The notes under the pieces: model-generated
Database searches by the model: none
Told to the model about the DNA's origin: nothing
The model's input: the letters and a program-made list of their open reading frames with translations, nothing else
Position numbers and translations under genes: made by a program
From: an uncultured Solirubrobacterales bacterium
GTDB lineage: Bacteria > Actinomycetota > Thermoleophilia > Solirubrobacterales > Solirubrobacteraceae
DNA length: 64,000 nt
Reading direction: 5' to 3'
Assembly: GCA_963787605.1 (NCBI GenBank)
Contig: CAWBDC010000003.1
Location: 307,804 to 371,803 of the forward strand
Shown here: piece after piece, positions 59,697-64,000 of the stretch
Layout of the letters: every line of letters begins with the position of its first letter
Numbering within the stretch: the stretch's first letter is position 1

Positions 59697-60698
59697 ATGT
59701 CAGACTCCCCAGCAAGCTCAGCCCCAACACTGGATCCCCTCACGCTCGTCCAGAGCGGCGAGCCGGAGCCGGATACCACCACGGACACGGACACGGCCGC
59801 CGAGGCGACCGTCGCGCCAGTCGCCGGGCGTCTGGACAGCCCGGTGGAGCGGCTCGACCTCAGCACGCCCGAGACGTTCATCCCCGAGGCCGTCGACCAG
59901 CTGCTCGCGCACTCGCGCCGCTACCCCCTGCTCACCCCGGCCCAGGAGATCGACCTGGCCAAGCGGATCGAGCGCGGCGACCTGCACGCCAAGGAAATGC
60001 TCGTCAACTCCAACCTGCGACTGGTCGCCTCCAACGCCCGGCGCTACCAGAACCAGGGCCTGCCGCTCGCCGACCTCGTGCAGGAGGGGATGCTCGGCCT
60101 GATCCGCGCCAGCGAGAAGTTCGACTGGCGCAAGGGCTTTCGCTTCTCCACCTATGCCACCCTGTGGATCCGCCAGGCGATCCAGCGCGGCCTGGAGAAC
60201 TCCGGCCGCACGATCCGCCTGCCCGTGCACGTGGCGCAGCGCTCGCGCAAGGTCGGGCGGGTCGAGCGCGAGCTGTCCGTCCGCCTCGGGCGCGAGCCCA
60301 CGGTGGAGGAGCTCGCGGCGGAGACGGGCCTTGAGATCGAGCAGGTAGAGGAGGTGCGCCACCAGCGCGCCGCGCTCGTAAGCCTCGACCAGCAGATCGG
60401 CGAAGACGGCGACACCGCCCTCGGGGACCTGCTGCCCTCGGACGTCGAGGCGCCCGAGGAGACGGCCTGGGACAACGAGCGCGAGCGGATCGTGCATCGC
60501 GCGATCGAGCAGCTGCCCGACACCGAGCGGACCGTGCTGACGCTGCGCTTCGGCACCGGACGGGAGGAGCCGCAGACGCTTACCGCGATCGGCAAACGGC
60601 TCGGGTTCTCAGCCGAGCGGGCTTCGCAGCTGGAGCAGCGCGCGCTGAAGAAGCTCGCCGAGTCGCCGGAGCTTGCCGCCCTACGCGAGGCTGCGTAG
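59697..60698 (+). CDS. Group 2-like sigma-70 factor lacking region 1.1
   Basis: YPLLTPAQE, SNLRLV, DLVQEG, KFDWRKGFRFSTYA, RTIRLPVH, HTH region 4. Confidence 0.93.
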   Translation: MSDSPASSAPTLDPLTLVQSGEPEPDTTTDTDTAAEATVAPVAGRLDSPVERLDLSTPETFIPEAVDQLLAHSRRYPLLTPAQEIDLAKRIERGDLHAKEMLVNSNLRLVASNARRYQNQGLPLADLVQEGMLGLIRASEKFDWRKGFRFSTYATLWIRQAIQRGLENSGRTIRLPVHVAQRSRKVGRVERELSVRLGREPTVEELAAETGLEIEQVEEVRHQRAALVSLDQQIGEDGDTALGDLLPSDVEAPEETAWDNERERIVHRAIEQLPDTERTVLTLRFGTGREEPQTLTAIGKRLGFSAERASQLEQRALKKLAESPELAALREAA

Positions 60699-60746
60699 AC
60701 GTTCTAAGCTGACTTCGCTAAGTTCCAGCAACTGGGAGGAAGGCGA

Positions 60747-61561
60747 ATGGCGCAGAAGTCGTTGTGGGAGCGGACGGTCGAGCTGACGATCGCGGTCGGC
60801 GAACGGGCGCTCGCGCCGATCGAGCGATTCATCGGGCAGCGCTCGCTCGTCGGCGACGCGACGTTCTTCCCGCTGGAGCGCTTTCCGTGGGTCGAGCACG
60901 TCGAGGACAACTGGACGGTGATTCGCGAGGAGCTGCGAGCGCGTGCTCGAGGATCGCGACGGCGCTGCCCAACTTCCAGGACATCTCCAAGGACCAGATC
61001 GAGATCACCGACGACGACCGTTGGAAGACGTTCTTCCTCTACGGGTACGGCTTCGAGGCCGAAGCTGCGGCGTCGAGATGTGCCCGAAGACGGCGGCGCT
61101 GATGCGAGCAGATCCCCGGGATGAAGACGGCGATGTTCTCGATCCTCTCGCCGCGCAAGCACATCCTCGACCACCGCGGCCCGTACAAGGGCGTGCTGCG
61201 CTACCACCTCGGCCTGATCGTGCCCGAGGACGAGGAGGCGTGCCGAATCCGCGTCGGTGATGACTTCCGCCATTGGGAGGCGGGCAAGAGCATGGTCTTC
61301 GACGACACGTTCAACCACGAGGTCTGGAACGACACCGACGAGACGCGCGTCGTGCTGTTCGTCGACGTGCTGCGCCCCCTCCCCTCTCCCTGGTCGCAGA
61401 TCAACCGGGCGATCGTCAAGGCGATCGGCTACTCGCCGTTCGTGCTCGATGCGAAGCGCAACCAGCAGGCGTGGGAACGGCGCTATGAAGCGCAGCGTCG
61501 CGCCGCCGCTGCGCCGAGCGTCCGCGTTCAGACGGAGGAGACGTCGAGCCCCGTGCCCTGA
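60747..61561 (+). CDS. Aspartyl/asparaginyl beta-hydroxylase (LpxO-like Fe/2OG dioxygenase; indels)
   Basis: WKTFFLYGYG, AMFSIL, HRGPYKGVLRYHLGL, FDDTFNHEVWN, RVVLFVD. Confidence 0.9.
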
Positions 61562-62310
61562 AGCAGGGTGTTGGCGTGGGCGTTGAGCATCGTGAACTCG
61601 CCTGTGAGGATCAGCAGGCCGAGCACGATCATGACGGCGCCGCCGATCCCGATGATCACCGGGAAGTGGCGCTTGACGACCGCGAGCGCGCTCGTCATCC
61701 GCTCGAACGCGAGCGCGATCAGCAGGAACGGGATCGCGAGGCCGGCGGAGTAGAAGGCGAGCAGCAGCGCGCCGTGTGCGGCCGAGCTCGAAACAGCCGC
61801 CTGGGTGAGGATCGCGCCGAGGGTGATGCTCGTGCAGGGGGTCCACGCGATCGCGAACGCCGCACCCGCGACCAGCGGGCCGCCACGGCCGGCGAGGCGC
61901 AGCAGCGACTCGGAATGCCACTCGCGGTTGAACAGGCGCACGAACGGGGTCGCCAGGAAGAAGAGCCCCATCGCGACGATCAGCACGCCGCCGACCTGCT
62001 GGAGCGTCTGTTTGTGGGCGTTCAGCGAGGAGCCGATCACGGTCGCGCTCAGGCCGAGCAGGATGAAGATGAGCGAGAAGCTCGCGATGAACAGCAGGCT
62101 CGGCACGAGCACCCGGCGAGCGCCGACGCCCTCCTTGAGGTCGGCGGGCGTGACCCCGATGACCGTCGAGAGATAGCCCGGAACGAGCGGCAGCACGCAG
62201 GGCGAGAGGAACGAGACGAGCCCGGCGGCGAGCGCGATCGGGATGCCGACGCCGGTCGCGGTGTCGGAGGTCGACGTGGCGAGGAGGGCCAGGTGACTCA
62301 CGAGCGCCAT
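61528..62310 (-). CDS. ccdA: Cytochrome c biogenesis protein CcdA
   Basis: SFLSPCVLPLVPGY, FAIAWTPC. Confidence 0.92.
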   Translation of the reverse strand: MALVSHLALLATSTSDTATGVGIPIALAAGLVSFLSPCVLPLVPGYLSTVIGVTPADLKEGVGARRVLVPSLLFIASFSLIFILLGLSATVIGSSLNAHKQTLQQVGGVLIVAMGLFFLATPFVRLFNREWHSESLLRLAGRGGPLVAGAAFAIAWTPCTSITLGAILTQAAVSSSAAHGALLLAFYSAGLAIPFLLIALAFERMTSALAVVKRHFPVIIGIGGAVMIVLGLLILTGEFTMLNAHANTLLQGTGLDVSSV

Positions 62311-62399
62311 CTCTCTTCCTCGCGCTGCTCGCCCGCGGCGGAATGGGCGAAGTCCGTCAATCTCTCCTCGCCGTCAGGCGTCTCCTCACCACGGTGCAC

Positions 62400-63085
62400 T
62401 CTCGCCCGCGACGCTCCGCGCCCGAACGGGCATCGAGCGCCGCGCGCAGCTCGGCGACTTCGCGCTCCAGCCGCGCTACTCGCTCCTCGAGGCCCGGATG
62501 CGGAGTCGCCGGCGTCGCGCGAGAGCAGCCGTCGCGGGCGCAGAGCGCGATGGGGCTGCGCCGGCGCTCGCGGCGGCGTCTGCGTCGGAGTCGGGGTCCT
62601 GCAGGAGCTGGGAGTAGCGCTCCTCCTTCTGCCCGGGCCGGCGGTCGAGTCGCGCGGCGAGCCCGCGCGCGATCAGCCGCTCGAGCGTCTCGTGCACCTC
62701 GTCGAGACCGGCGAACGCGTGCATGCGCTCGGCGCGCTGCTTGAGCTCGCCTGGGGTCTGCGGGCCGCGCAGCATCAGCACGCACACGATCGCCTGCTCG
62801 GCGCGAGTCCATCGGCAGCGCTTCGCTCAGCAGGTGGCGGTACTTCGGCGCGCGGCTCCCGCCCGCTCGCCAGGCGCGTGAGGCCGCGGCGCTCGAGGCG
62901 GTGCAGCGCGTCGCGGATGATCGCATCGTCGTAGTCGACGACCGGGTCGCGGTTCGTCGACTGGTTGCACGCCAGGCGCAGCGAGTTCAGCGACAGCGGA
63001 TACATGTCCGGCGTCGTGCGCTGCTTCTCGAGCAGGCAGCCGAGCACGCGGGTCTCCGCGGCGGAGAGAGTTCCAGCTGGGTCAC
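62400..63085 (-). CDS. DUF480/YceH family protein (indels; ends approximate)
   Basis: [54 protein letters not shown]. Confidence 0.88.
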
Positions 63086-63253
63086 GAACGCCCCTCGAGT
63101 CTAGGCGCCGCGCGCCGTCGCACCGCAAGGGCCGCGCGAGCCCGGCCGCGGCCGAGCTAGAGTCAACGCCGTGAGCAGCCCAGCCCTTCTCGGCCGGGCC
63201 GCGGTCCGGCGAGGGGCGGCACGGCCGCGCCGCGGGAGCTGCGCCCCGAGGAC

Positions 63254-64000
63254 ATGCCCGCAGCGCCGGTCTCGCTGCGGCGCATCGGCGCGACTGTTCG
63301 TCCCCTACCGGCTGCGGCTCGGCCTGCTGCTCGGTCTGATCGTCGCTCGGCTCGGTTCTCAGCGTCGCCTCGCCGTTCCTGCTGCGCGAAGCGGTCGACA
63401 AGGGGATCATCGAGCACGACCTGACGCTGCTGATCGTGGCTCGTCGGCGGGGATGATCGCGCTGGCGATCATCAACGGCGTGATCGGCGTCGCGCAGACG
63501 TGGATCTCAAACCAGGTCGGCCAGCGGGTGATGCACGACCTGCGCGCGGCCGTGTACGCGCACCTGCAGCGGATGTCGCTGGCGTTCTTCACGCGCACCC
63601 GCTCCGGCGAGGTGCAGGCGCGGATCGCCTACGACATCGGCGGCATCGACGACGTCGTCACGAGCACCGCCACCTCGACCGTCTCGACGGTCGCGACCGT
63701 CACCGCGACGGTCGTGGCGATGTTCGCGCTGAGCTGGCGGCTGACGGTCTTCTCGCTGATCCTGCTGCCCTTCTTCGTGTGGCTGACGCGCCGTGTGGGC
63801 AACGAGCGCCGGCGCATCCAGTCCGTCCGCCAGAGCCGCCTGGCCGACATGTCGACGCTGGTCGAGGAGTCGCTGTCGGTGTCGGGGATCCTGCTCGGCA
63901 AGACGATGGGCCGCTCGCACGAGCTGGTCGAGCGCTTCACCGGCGAGTCGAGCGAACTGGCCGACCTCGAGGTGCGCGCGCGCATGGCGGGGCGCTGGCG
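63254..64000 (+). CDS. ABC exporter permease/ATP-binding protein, 5' part
   Basis: [40 protein letters not shown]. Confidence 0.88.

Overview
GC-rich actinobacterial chromosome segment; gene order and protein styles suggest Thermoleophilia/Solirubrobacterales (inference). Many genes carry single-base indels that look like long-read sequencing errors, so I stitched genes across frames and give outer coordinates. Positions 1-32.9 kb are mostly core: pnp tail, M16 peptidase, dapB-dapA-rnj, a two-component pair, ftsK-rodZ-cinA-recA-miaB, a LexA-boxed radical SAM gene, VapBC, miaA-dapF-dapL-hflX, TetR/MFS/USP, a lipid kinase-murT-methyltransferase-gatD operon and udgB. Positions 32.9-48.1 kb are a mosaic accessory region of small detox-type genes and truncated gene scraps. 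It is punctuated by three clusters of a GTCTCA-N6-TGAGAC palindrome phased at 22-25 bp (33.4, 40.2 and 47.2 kb), the most unusual signal I found. Positions 48-64 kb hold transport, metal and envelope genes, a sigma-70 gene with atypical DNA-contact residues, ccdA, DUF480 and the start of an ABC exporter. I saw no tRNA, rRNA, CRISPR array, integrase or transposase.
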